A DNA stretch of 36,229 nt, taken from positions 1 through 36,229 of IMG/VR virus record IMGVR_UViG_3300034061_000562; one strand, 5' to 3'. This document shows, one piece after another, positions 8,992 to 16,777 of the stretch (position 1 is its first letter; each line of letters starts with the position of its first letter). Under the pieces are notes generated by a model. The model saw only the letters and a program-made list of their open reading frames with translations. It was not told where the DNA came from and ran no database searches. The position numbers and the translations under genes were made by a program. The DNA comes from a virus (taxonomy: Duplodnaviria > Caudoviricetes).

Positions 8992-9013
8992 TATATAGAT
9001 TGTATATACCCAG

Positions 9014-9262
9014 TTATGGAGTTACATTTTTCATAATGTCTTCATGGCTGGGTTCTTGAGAGTACTCAAACTCTATCAGCATTTCAATAAAATGCATCGC
9101 CTTCTTTAAGTCCTCAAGACCGTTCTTATTCCTATGCCGACAAAGGTACTTGATTGCAGTAGCTTCTAGGTACGGAATGTTATTGTAATAGCAAAACTCT
9201 GCTGGCTGTATTGCAAAGCCTTTGTAGTGGTTGCCACCGTGTTGGATGTCTAGTACGCTCAT
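9014..9262 (-). CDS. DUF3310 (SaV / T7 gp1.7-like) protein
   Basis: QHGGNHYK, IQP, AIKYLCR..KNGLEDLKKA motif. Confidence 0.85.
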   Translation of the reverse strand: MSVLDIQHGGNHYKGFAIQPAEFCYYNNIPYLEATAIKYLCRHRNKNGLEDLKKAMHFIEMLIEFEYSQEPSHEDIMKNVTP

Positions 9263-9864
9263 TACCAATCACTCCCTGACATAGTTGAACCACTTACATG
9301 GTTTTTAGGTGATTTCATGTTAGCCCTGTCTATTGCACGTTGATTCATATATAAGCTACTTAATTTCCTGTCATCAAAATTAATTACCCTAGCACCTTCA
9401 ATTGTTGGTGTATTCTCGCTAACTTTAGTTTTGTATTTTTTAGGTGATACATACTCTAATGCATCCTCGTAGCTCATTAGCTTGGTAGTGACAAAGCTGT
9501 AGTACTTACGTGTTCCGGTGTCGGTAACAACAATGCTTTTCATAAAGCCTCTAGCCATTAAACTCTTAATCGTGTTGGATGCAGTATTCTTATCGGCATC
9601 TAATTGTTGCTTCATGTCTGTTAAAGTTTTAGGCAGTACGCAAAACTCTAGGTAGACGTTATATCTAGCAACCATCTCTTTTGCCAACCTGTCTAGCTTT
9701 GCTTCTTGTTGTGCGTATGCCTCTGCTATTCTTTTATCTCTATATGCTTGCTCTGCTGCCTTGGCTTCTTCTTGGGTCTGATAATTACCAATGTGAATAA
9801 TCTGACATTCTGAATCCCTAGCTGTTACTACCCATGCATCTACTTTCTTACGAAAGACAATCAT
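9262..9864 (-). CDS. Putative DNA-binding protein (AP2-like N-terminus, possible winged helix)
   Basis: WVVTA...HIGNYQTQEEAKAA; central helical segment ending LMARGFM. Confidence 0.5.
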   Translation of the reverse strand: MIVFRKKVDAWVVTARDSECQIIHIGNYQTQEEAKAAEQAYRDKRIAEAYAQQEAKLDRLAKEMVARYNVYLEFCVLPKTLTDMKQQLDADKNTASNTIKSLMARGFMKSIVVTDTGTRKYYSFVTTKLMSYEDALEYVSPKKYKTKVSENTPTIEGARVINFDDRKLSSLYMNQRAIDRANMKSPKNHVSGSTMSGSDW

Positions 9865-10121
9865 AATAAATTTCTCACTTTCTCTAATAATTCTATTTCT
9901 GTCCCAAATTGGGACTCAAATGCCAATCTACCTGCGTGATAGGCTACACCGTGTCCACCAGTCCGATGATGCGTTGGACATAATGGTATTGCATTCTTAT
10001 AATCGTTTCTCATTCCTAGACCCATCCCTGTGCGTAGGTGGTGTATCTCTGCCGGCATACGACAAATAATGCAGCCAAGTTCTGCAACACGGTTAAGGTA
10101 TTGTTTCTCAGCCTTGGTCAT
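9861..10121 (-). CDS. Ref/DUF968-like HNH-type nuclease
   Basis: LGCIIC..PAEIHH...AIPLCPTHH; start reassigned to MTKAEK. Confidence 0.75.
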   Translation of the reverse strand: MTKAEKQYLNRVAELGCIICRMPAEIHHLRTGMGLGMRNDYKNAIPLCPTHHRTGGHGVAYHAGRLAFESQFGTEIELLEKVRNLL

Positions 10122-10476
10122 TGAACACAAATCCAATCGTGCCAGCCCATATTTCAACATGCCGTTGGTAATCAGCCATCTCTGCCGTGGACAGTTTAGT
10201 CGTACTCTTAATGACTTCAATTGTTTCGCCATTGACTACAGACTGGCTGCGTAGAAATTTCCAACCCATCAACTCATGCACCTTATCTGGTGACTCGCCA
10301 ATATACTCGCCAAGCGCACCGTACAGTTTCCATAGTCTAGCGTTTTGTTCTAGGTTACGTGTGTGTGATTTGACTGTTACGTTACATACGTAGCCAAGCG
10401 ATAAATCTAGTGCCTTAATCTTTTCAAACAAGTAAGGCAAGTTACTGCTGCTAATATTGAATGATTTAATTTCCAT
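10108..10476 (-). CDS. ninB: NinB/Orf-like recombination mediator
   Basis: RNLEQNARLW and STTKLS motifs; nin-like context. Confidence 0.75.
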   Translation of the reverse strand: MEIKSFNISSSNLPYLFEKIKALDLSLGYVCNVTVKSHTRNLEQNARLWKLYGALGEYIGESPDKVHELMGWKFLRSQSVVNGETIEVIKSTTKLSTAEMADYQRHVEIWAGTIGFVFNDQG

Positions 10477-10657
10477 CTTTAAATAAATCCTTTATCTTTC
10501 TACGTGACTCTTGAGATGTAGCCACTTTCACCGTTTCTATTTTGTCTTGCTTTATTTCACCAGTTATTACCCTAGTACCATCTGTTGCACGAAACTTACC
10601 AGTAAACCCAGCAGCCTTCATACGCTTAATCCATTCGTTACATGAAACTTCAGTCAT
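10466..10657 (-). CDS. Hypothetical protein
   Basis: Start reassigned to MTEVSC (ATGA overlap), 63 aa. Confidence 0.5.
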   Translation of the reverse strand: MTEVSCNEWIKRMKAAGFTGKFRATDGTRVITGEIKQDKIETVKVATSQESRRKIKDLFKDGN

Positions 10658-10989
10658 AAACTTAATACTTTTTTTGTTTCTGTAATAAGTATTTCGCTTT
10701 CGCAAAATGTATTCTCACCGTATTGCAGCCATCTTGTTAGCCACTCTTTCATTGTCTTGGTGGTTTGCTTTTCAACATCAAGCATAGCCCATGCTGCTTT
10801 AGAGTTTTCTGTCATGCAATGCAACTCACGATGTGTAACTAATAATTTTTCAATTAACTTTTCTTTAGACAATGTATCGTAAATGCTTAATCGTTTTCCT
10901 CTACAGAACGAACATTCCATCTTGTGGTCTGGATTGTATGTTGAGCAAGAGAATCCTTCTATTCCGCAGTAATCACATTTCAAAATCAA
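10654..10989 (-). CDS. Hypothetical protein with two CxxC pairs
   Basis: CDYC...CSFC; overlaps both neighbours by 4 nt. Confidence 0.5.
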   Translation of the reverse strand: MILKCDYCGIEGFSCSTYNPDHKMECSFCRGKRLSIYDTLSKEKLIEKLLVTHRELHCMTENSKAAWAMLDVEKQTTKTMKEWLTRWLQYGENTFCESEILITETKKVLSL

Positions 10990-11582
10990 ATCAACTCCTT
11001 CTGTGGCTTTTCACCAGTTAGCTCATTCAATACAGCTTCAAGCATATGGTCATATTTGCTTATGCCAGAGCCATCAATAGAATCTGCAAGACCTATCCAT
11101 TGTGAAACCCTTTGCGCTGTATTTACCCTACCTACGTGAACCCATTTGTCTAACATCTTTGCTGCTTTGCAAGCATTTCTAGCTTCATCTGAAATTTTGA
11201 AGGCATCAGAGCCACCAACAAATACAGCATCAACTTTATTCCAATCAATTGCAAAATCGCCTATGCCATCTTGTAAAACCAATGCAACTGGCAAAGGCTT
11301 AATAACATCATAAAACTGGTCAAACAATTCTAGTGTTCGTCTTGCATCACCAACAATGTCTGGAGAGCAAACAAACTTTGGGTATTCATTTTCTTTTGCT
11401 TCAGCTACTAATCTTAGCCATGTCTTTTTGTTAAATTTACTAAAACAGCCATTGTCTAATCCGTAAACCTTACCGCTTAAAGCGTAAGCTGTTAGCGGAG
11501 TTCTCAATTGACCAAAATTATAGTTATAGCGTTTAGCATATTCTTCAATTTTAGCAGGTGAGCAATCAAGCATTATTTTCAC
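10986..11582 (-). CDS. TGT/DpdA-fold putative base-exchange transglycosylase
   Basis: Ordered motifs LDNGCF, PD, LQDG, FVGG, HVG, DSID parallel the TGT motifs DSGG, D, QG, GG, LMG, DMFD. Confidence 0.6.
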   Translation of the reverse strand: MKIMLDCSPAKIEEYAKRYNYNFGQLRTPLTAYALSGKVYGLDNGCFSKFNKKTWLRLVAEAKENEYPKFVCSPDIVGDARRTLELFDQFYDVIKPLPVALVLQDGIGDFAIDWNKVDAVFVGGSDAFKISDEARNACKAAKMLDKWVHVGRVNTAQRVSQWIGLADSIDGSGISKYDHMLEAVLNELTGEKPQKELI

Positions 11583-11742
11583 TAAACACAGCCTTTACTA
11601 AAATGTCCATGTAAGCAGGAATCGTAAACTTGCCAGACTCATACTTAGCAATGCTATCCCTAGTCTTAAACAACTTAGTGCCAAACTCTTTCTGTGATAA
11701 ACCTGTTTTACTGCGTAGTTCTTTTAACTCTGTGTGTGTCAT
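11566..11742 (-). CDS. XRE-family HTH regulator (not in ORF track)
   Basis: MTHTELKELRSKTGLSQKEFGTKLFKTRDSIAKYESGKFTIP..., 58 aa; AAGGG RBS. Confidence 0.85.
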   Translation of the reverse strand: MTHTELKELRSKTGLSQKEFGTKLFKTRDSIAKYESGKFTIPAYMDILVKAVFSENNA

Positions 11743-11771
11743 TAATAACCCTTTCTGTCGTTGATAGAATT

Positions 11772-11801
11772 ATTATATATCACGCTGTATAAAATATGCA
11801 A
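11772..11801 (-). promoter_or_regulatory. Sigma70-like promoter for the HTH/TGT-like cassette
   Basis: Minus strand TTGCAT-18 nt-TATAAT in the intergenic gap. Confidence 0.6.
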
Positions 11802-11963
11802 CTAATCTTTAGCATTTCGTTTAGCTTTCTCTAAAGTATCGTAATAACCTAAATTTTTATTGCGATGACTCAGACCGTACTTAACTCCGGTAGGTGAGAA
11901 GTATTTGGCTATAGTCCATGCACCAGAGCTAATGTGATACTTGTCTTGTTCAGTCCATTTCAT
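11802..11963 (-). CDS. 53-aa hypothetical protein (not in ORF track)
   Basis: MKWTEQDKYHISSGAWTIAKY...LGYYDTLEKAKRNAKD; ATGA overlap with upstream stop. Confidence 0.6.
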   Translation of the reverse strand: MKWTEQDKYHISSGAWTIAKYFSPTGVKYGLSHRNKNLGYYDTLEKAKRNAKD

Positions 11964-12328
11964 GCGTATTTCTCTTTTAGTTTAAGTACAGCATCGTGCA
12001 ATGTAATGCGTGAATTTGGTTCGTGCCATTGTTTTTTCCATCTGTATTTAGATACAAGCGAGTTGCCTAGGTCAATCTCGTCATGGTCTACGTGAGATGT
12101 TAAAAATACAAATGACTGTTTTCCTGTTTCGTAACACATATCGCAAAGACGTTCTAAAGCAAGCTGCTGACCAAATGGCATTTGTGCATCTAAGTATTTT
12201 GTTTCAATAAATATGTATAGCTTGTTGTTAAACTCCATAAACGCATCTAAATCCATTGGAGTTATCTTGCCAAATGTCATGTTGTCAAAATTGACAATGC
12301 TTCTCATGTGTTCACGATTTCGTATCAT
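11960..12328 (-). CDS. PD-(D/E)XK-fold nuclease-like protein
   Basis: PMDLD...FIETK, GQQLAL. Confidence 0.55.
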   Translation of the reverse strand: MIRNREHMRSIVNFDNMTFGKITPMDLDAFMEFNNKLYIFIETKYLDAQMPFGQQLALERLCDMCYETGKQSFVFLTSHVDHDEIDLGNSLVSKYRWKKQWHEPNSRITLHDAVLKLKEKYA

Positions 12329-12743
12329 AATGTTCACCTAGCACTTCTTTTGCAGCAATAACTGAAGTATCTGGAAAGTTCTTTGGGTTTCGTAAGATAC
12401 GTTTAGCCCAAGCATGATAGTCTGTCTTAGGCTTAATTCTTTCGTGAATAAACAAAGCTAACTTGTCTGCGTGAGCCTTATTGTCTTCATGGCTAACTGG
12501 TGCTGGCAATGCTTGGTAGATTGGGTCTTTAGGTCTGCATAGTCCGAGTATGTCATGTGGTGTAGGTGGCTTGCTTGAGCTGTCTACCCATTGACTAACA
12601 GCCTTCTCTACTACGCTGTACTCGTACTTAGATAGCAAGTTCCACCAAGTTAAGATAGCTTCTTTTGTTAAAGGCGGTTTGTTAGTAAGTTCCATTGCAA
12701 CATTTAACATTCCCCAAAACTGTTTTTTATTAGAATCATTCAT
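12312..12743 (-). CDS. Putative helicase loader/inhibitor (G39P- or lambda P-like)
   Basis: Directly after the initiator; WWNLL...VEKAV...PPTPHDI. Confidence 0.55.
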   Translation of the reverse strand: MNDSNKKQFWGMLNVAMELTNKPPLTKEAILTWWNLLSKYEYSVVEKAVSQWVDSSSKPPTPHDILGLCRPKDPIYQALPAPVSHEDNKAHADKLALFIHERIKPKTDYHAWAKRILRNPKNFPDTSVIAAKEVLGEHYDTKS

Positions 12744-13488
12744 TTGCAATCCTTTCTAGTGTAGGTGCTGACTCTAGCCAGTCATTGAATTGTGCATCAG
12801 ATACAAAGCCGTAGCCTTTCATTGGCTTTTTAACATTGCTTGTAGCACGTTCTTTTCTTACCCAACTGCGCCATGTAGCAAACCAATCTAACTTAGTTGC
12901 ATTACTACCAGTTTTACTAATCCAAAAGTCTTTAAAATTTTCAGTTACTAATTTAACGTCTAAATCTGGGCGTTCTGTTTGGCAGAATTTTATATATTCT
13001 TCAGGTATTACCCAGTCTTGTGAAAGGCGAGAGCCTTTAGTACTTTCTTTCTTTACACTATCCTTAACTTCACTTACCTCACCTAAACTAGCCTTACCTA
13101 ACCTAACCTGTGCTTCCAAAGTGTTAACATCATGTACACAGTCTGTTAACATTGTATAGGACTTGTTGTTTTTAATAGACAATTTCTCTTTTTCTTCACC
13201 ATACATTGTAGGTTTATACCTATCTTTTTGTATCATGTTGTGAATCATCCAATGTTTGATTACACATACACCAGACTCAAAAGGAATGATGAAATTTTTA
13301 GCAAAAAGAATCTTTAGGTCATCATCAGCACTACCAATTGTGCGCTGTATTTTCTTTGCGTTATTTAAGAATCCATCATCATCAGCTCTCATTGATAAAT
13401 GGAAATATAATGCCTGTGATGATAAAGGCATATCCAAAAAAGCATCACTATCAATAATAGTTTTTGCAAACATTCTACGTTCAGCCAT
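12736..13488 (-). CDS. Phage replication initiator (replisome organizer)
   Basis: MAERRMF...DAFLDMPLSSQALYFHL..ADDDGF N-domain; VRLGK linker; GSRL..DW...FKDFW...DWFATWRSW C-domain. Confidence 0.8.
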   Translation of the reverse strand: MAERRMFAKTIIDSDAFLDMPLSSQALYFHLSMRADDDGFLNNAKKIQRTIGSADDDLKILFAKNFIIPFESGVCVIKHWMIHNMIQKDRYKPTMYGEEKEKLSIKNNKSYTMLTDCVHDVNTLEAQVRLGKASLGEVSEVKDSVKKESTKGSRLSQDWVIPEEYIKFCQTERPDLDVKLVTENFKDFWISKTGSNATKLDWFATWRSWVRKERATSNVKKPMKGYGFVSDAQFNDWLESAPTLERIANE

Positions 13489-13669
13489 TTTGAAGTTCCT
13501 TTAACAATTTATATAATCCTAATACAAAGTTTTCTGCACAGGAATGATTAATAATTAATACATCTTTAGAATCAATATCAACTAAATCGTCTTTATTAAA
13601 TGCTAAACATAGGTTGCCTGTATCTGATATATAACCCTCAACTTCAACTTGATGATTTACTAAATTCAT
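13481..13669 (-). CDS. Hypothetical protein
   Basis: Start reassigned to MNLVNH with GGAG RBS; 62 aa. Confidence 0.55.
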   Translation of the reverse strand: MNLVNHQVEVEGYISDTGNLCLAFNKDDLVDIDSKDVLIINHSCAENFVLGLYKLLKELQNG

Positions 13670-13680
13670 AATTTTGCTCC

Positions 13681-13783
13681 AAAAAAAAGGGCTGTCACCT
13701 AGGTGGGTCAAGCACCTAAATAACAACCCTGATACCAGAGGCATCAATAATAACGACTTCTTGACCAAGCCATTATTGATACC
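13681..13783 (-). promoter_or_regulatory. Two-hairpin leader with complementary loops, ending in an intrinsic terminator
   Basis: 15-bp and 17-bp stems with G-U pairs on the minus strand; loops contain GGUCAAG and CUUGACC; U8 tail. Confidence 0.75.
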
Positions 13784-13800
13784 ACTAACAATACTCTAAA

Positions 13801-14160
13801 CTAATCTTTCTTATCTTGCAAGTATTTTGTGATAGCTTCTTTAGCTTCATCAAAACCAAAGCATACAACAGCTAAGTAGTTCATTGAACTAGCTGCTGCC
13901 ATAAACTCTTTCTGGCTATCTGACACTTTGCCAGACTTTGCCTTCATCTCAATAAACATTCCGTGGTACTTACTATTAGGAATCATTAAGAACAGGTCGC
14001 TGACTCCAGCAAGCACTCCCTCTGCCTTTAAATTGACTGCCGTGACTATGTGCCTAGACCCACCGTTAGGAATTGCCCATAAGTGATACTTGTATTGCTT
14101 GTATTGCATTCTGAACCATGTGATTAGCATGACCTGTTCTTGATGTTCTGATATTTTCAT
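13801..14160 (-). CDS. VRR-NUC domain nuclease
   Basis: SEHQEQ, AIPNGG, EGVLAGVSDL, FIEMK, SDSQKEF. Confidence 0.9.
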   Translation of the reverse strand: MKISEHQEQVMLITWFRMQYKQYKYHLWAIPNGGSRHIVTAVNLKAEGVLAGVSDLFLMIPNSKYHGMFIEMKAKSGKVSDSQKEFMAAASSMNYLAVVCFGFDEAKEAITKYLQDKKD

Positions 14161-14172
14161 AATTATTTTCAA

Positions 14173-14267
14173 TAAATGTATAAATAATACTTGACATGGC
14201 TATTCGTTGTTGATATTATACACACATCGCAGCAAGTTATATGATTAACTTAACAGCAACGGTGGAG
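14173..14267 (+). promoter_or_regulatory. Early promoter/leader, copy 1
   Basis: TTGACA (14191)-17 nt-TATTAT (14214) with extended -10 TG and AT-rich upstream element. Confidence 0.85.
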
Positions 14268-14273
14268 ATTAAC

Positions 14274-14429
14274 ATGAATGAAGAAACTCAAATAGATACA
14301 GTTATAGTTTACAAGTTTAAATCACAACAAGAGCGTGATGCTTTTGAACTGGCAGCACAATGGGTAGAAGACAAAGAAAAATTTGAGAAATTAATTACCC
14401 CAACAAACTTAACTGAACTAATTATTTAA
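14274..14429 (+). CDS. Small early hypothetical protein
   Basis: GGAG RBS then MNEETQ, 51 aa. Confidence 0.55.
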   Translation: MNEETQIDTVIVYKFKSQQERDAFELAAQWVEDKEKFEKLITPTNLTELII

Positions 14430-14436
14430 TTACACG

Positions 14437-14532
14437 TAAATGTATAAATAATACTTGCATTATAAATTTAGATAGACTAATATTACACATCGCAGCAACA
14501 AAGCGATTAACTTAATAGAAACGGTGAGGAGA
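14437..14532 (+). promoter_or_regulatory. Early promoter/leader, copy 2
   Basis: TTGCAT (14455)-17 nt-TAATAT (14478); shares TAAATGTATAAATAATACTTG, ACACATCGCAGCAA, GATTAACTTAA and AACGGTG with copy 1. Confidence 0.8.
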
Positions 14533-14538
14533 AATATA

Positions 14539-14877
14539 ATGGACTATAACGCAGATTGGTATCCAGCTTGTACACTTGACCCAGATTGGCAAGACCGTGG
14601 CAATCATAATGACAATACAGAAGAGCGTATTTATGACCACATCACAGAAACATATCAAAAATCAGCAGACGATGTATTTTCAATCGTATTAGATTACGCT
14701 GACGAGCAAGCAATTGCTCAGACTCTCAAAGCAATGGTTATTGCTTACGACAATTCATTAAACGCAGGTAGAAAAGTAGACCGTGAGCAAAGCGCACAGG
14801 ATTTCGTTGTGTTTGCTAAGTCGTTTGCTAACGTATGTATGTCTGCCATTCAAAGCGAGGCTGAAAAAAATGCTTGA
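14539..14877 (+). CDS. Early hypothetical protein
   Basis: GAGGAG RBS, MDYNADW, 112 aa. Confidence 0.6.
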   Translation: MDYNADWYPACTLDPDWQDRGNHNDNTEERIYDHITETYQKSADDVFSIVLDYADEQAIAQTLKAMVIAYDNSLNAGRKVDREQSAQDFVVFAKSFANVCMSAIQSEAEKNA

Positions 14878-14986
14878 TTACAAAAACCACAAACCTAAGA
14901 CAGACCTTACACCAGTTATAGAAAGCATTTGCTTTGTTGGTGCAATGTTATTGTTAGCGTTTTTTTATTTATTGATTGGAGCATAA
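14870..14986 (+). CDS. Small membrane protein
   Basis: MLDYKNHK...FVGAMLLLAFFYLLIGA, 38 aa. Confidence 0.5.
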   Translation: MLDYKNHKPKTDLTPVIESICFVGAMLLLAFFYLLIGA

Positions 14987-14987
14987 G

Positions 14988-15179
14988 ATGTCAGTTATTG
15001 GTGAAGTAGAATACAAACAGCATATTGCTGACCTACAAGCACAGTTTACAGAGTTTCTATATGACAATTACAGCATAGGCAATGGCGAACAGCTTATTCA
15101 TATACTTGAGCAAGGTGATGCACTTGAGGCTTTTTTAGACCTTAAAGGCTTACCAGAAGACACAGAAATTGAAATTTAA
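14988..15179 (+). CDS. Acidic hypothetical protein
   Basis: GGAG RBS, MSVIGE, 63 aa. Confidence 0.55.
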   Translation: MSVIGEVEYKQHIADLQAQFTEFLYDNYSIGNGEQLIHILEQGDALEAFLDLKGLPEDTEIEI

Positions 15180-15189
15180 GGAGAATGAT

Positions 15190-15804
15190 ATGTCAGTTTA
15201 CAAAAAATTAAATAATGCACGATTAGAGTTACAAAATACTAAACTAAGCAAGTCCGGTCATAATAAGTTTGCCGGATACAAATACTTTGAGCTTGGTGAC
15301 TTTTTGCCAACCATCAACAACATATTTAGCAATGCTGGTTTATGTGGTGTGGTTAGTTTTACGTCAGACCTAGCAACATTGACTATCACAGACGTTGATG
15401 ACAACTCACAGATAGTTATCACTAGCCCTATGGGTAGCGCAGCGTTAAAGGGCTGCCATGAGGTGCAAAACGTAGGTGCGGTAGAAACCTATCAGCGCAG
15501 GTACTTGTGGGTCACGGCAATGGAGATTGTGGAGCATGATGCACTTGATGCTACTACTGGAGCAGACAACACAGCAAAAAAGCCAGCAATACCAGAGCTT
15601 AAGTCACCAGAGTACACTAAAGAAGAAATGGACATTTTGCACTCACTAGCTGAAGGCTTTACTGCATTTGTAGCTGATGGTAATTATGACGAAGCTAGAG
15701 TTACATGGGATGCGCTTGATAACGAGCAAAAATCTGTTATGTGGGGATTGCTACCTAGCAATATTAGGTCGGCATACAAAAAGTATTCTAGTGAGAAAAA
15801 ATAA
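15190..15804 (+). CDS. erf: ERF-family single-strand annealing recombinase
   Basis: NKFAGYKYFELGDF and GAVETYQRRYL motifs; AAGGAG RBS. Confidence 0.85.
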   Translation: MSVYKKLNNARLELQNTKLSKSGHNKFAGYKYFELGDFLPTINNIFSNAGLCGVVSFTSDLATLTITDVDDNSQIVITSPMGSAALKGCHEVQNVGAVETYQRRYLWVTAMEIVEHDALDATTGADNTAKKPAIPELKSPEYTKEEMDILHSLAEGFTAFVADGNYDEARVTWDALDNEQKSVMWGLLPSNIRSAYKKYSSEKK

Positions 15805-16013
15805 TGAGATATCCTAAAATTACATTAAAAGCAAACTTTGCAAATGGTGAAGGAGAAATTGGCAACATAGAAAAATGGAGAGAAATATATCCTGCTTTAT
15901 TAAGAGCAGACATATTACAAGACTGGGTAGGATTGTTAGAACAAGAATACTGGGTTGCTAGAGATGATATGAAAAAACAATACAACAACACTTTGGAGAA
16001 TAATCATGAATAA
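15804..16013 (+). CDS. Hypothetical protein
   Basis: 69 aa, TAATG coupling to erf. Confidence 0.55.
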   Translation: MRYPKITLKANFANGEGEIGNIEKWREIYPALLRADILQDWVGLLEQEYWVARDDMKKQYNNTLENNHE

Positions 16014-16158
16014 AATTTTAATAGCTTTAGCATTACTAGTAGTATCAGCAACAGCTTATGCAGCCTGTACAACTCAAACATATACCTCTGGTGGAAAAAT
16101 GGTAATGTGTACTACTTGTTGTGATAGCCGTGGCAACTGCAACACGAATTGCTTTTAA
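16006..16158 (+). CDS. Secreted six-Cys mini-protein (not in ORF track)
   Basis: MNKILIALALLVVSATAYA|ACTTQTYTSGGKMVMCTTCCDSRGNCNTNCF; GGAG RBS; AYA signal peptidase I site. Confidence 0.75.
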   Translation: MNKILIALALLVVSATAYAACTTQTYTSGGKMVMCTTCCDSRGNCNTNCF

Positions 16159-16168
16159 GGTGGAACAC

Positions 16169-16306
16169 ATGGTTATCAAGTCACTATACGGCTTAACACC
16201 ACCCAGCCAAAAAGAGGTGGCAGACCGTGATGCTAAAATAGCGCAAGCTAAAAAACAAATGGGTCACAAATATTTACTTTCAAAACCAATGCCTAGAATT
16301 AGGTAA
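16169..16306 (+). CDS. Small hypothetical protein
   Basis: AAGGTGG RBS, MVIKSLY, 45 aa. Confidence 0.5.
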   Translation: MVIKSLYGLTPPSQKEVADRDAKIAQAKKQMGHKYLLSKPMPRIR

Positions 16307-16323
16307 CAACTAAAGGAACTAAA

Positions 16324-16704
16324 ATGAACAATCTAAATGCAACAGGTCGCTTAGGACAAGACGCAAAATTAAGTTATACAGCAAATCAAGATGCAATCTG
16401 CAACTTTTCGCTGTCATTGACTGCCGGTTATGGTGATAAAGCCACGACCACATGGTTAAACTGCAACTTATGGGGGAAACGTGCAGAAATACTTGCGCCA
16501 ATGCTTTTAAAAGGCACACAAATAGGCATTACAGGCGAGATTAGCTTGCGCCCATACAAAGCAAAGGATGGCACAGAGAAATCAAGCCTAGAGTGCCGTG
16601 TTGGTGATGTAACTTTGCTAGGTGGAAAATCAGAAGGTGGTGCAGCTAAACCAGCAGCAAAGGCTGACCCAATGGAAGACTTAGAAAGTAATATTCCGTT
16701 TTAG
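16324..16704 (+). CDS. ssb: Single-stranded DNA-binding protein
   Basis: GRLGQD, WLNCNLWGKRAE, KGTQIGITG, acidic C-terminal tail ending IPF. Confidence 0.92.
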   Translation: MNNLNATGRLGQDAKLSYTANQDAICNFSLSLTAGYGDKATTTWLNCNLWGKRAEILAPMLLKGTQIGITGEISLRPYKAKDGTEKSSLECRVGDVTLLGGKSEGGAAKPAAKADPMEDLESNIPF

Positions 16705-16709
16705 CATAC

Positions 16710-16749
16710 AAGGTCGTGTTATGAAACTTAAATGGCACGACCTTCTTTT
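16710..16749 (+). terminator. Intrinsic terminator-like hairpin after ssb
   Basis: AAGGTCGTGTTAT / ATGGCACGACCTT stem followed by CTTTT. Confidence 0.65.
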
Positions 16750-16777
16750 GAAACCAATAAATTTATGGAGTTTACCT

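Noticed and set aside
11566-11742. Lysogeny module (CI repressor plus integrase)
   Set aside because: The HTH lacks a peptidase domain and no integrase or partition genes were seen; lifestyle remains undetermined
13670-13768. N-terminal extension of ORF 13481-13768
   Set aside because: Runs through the hairpin/terminator; the ATG at 13669 has a GGAG RBS
16721-16777. N-terminal extension of ORF 16721-17032
   Set aside because: The ATG lies within the terminator hairpin; a better start at 16778 has GGAG
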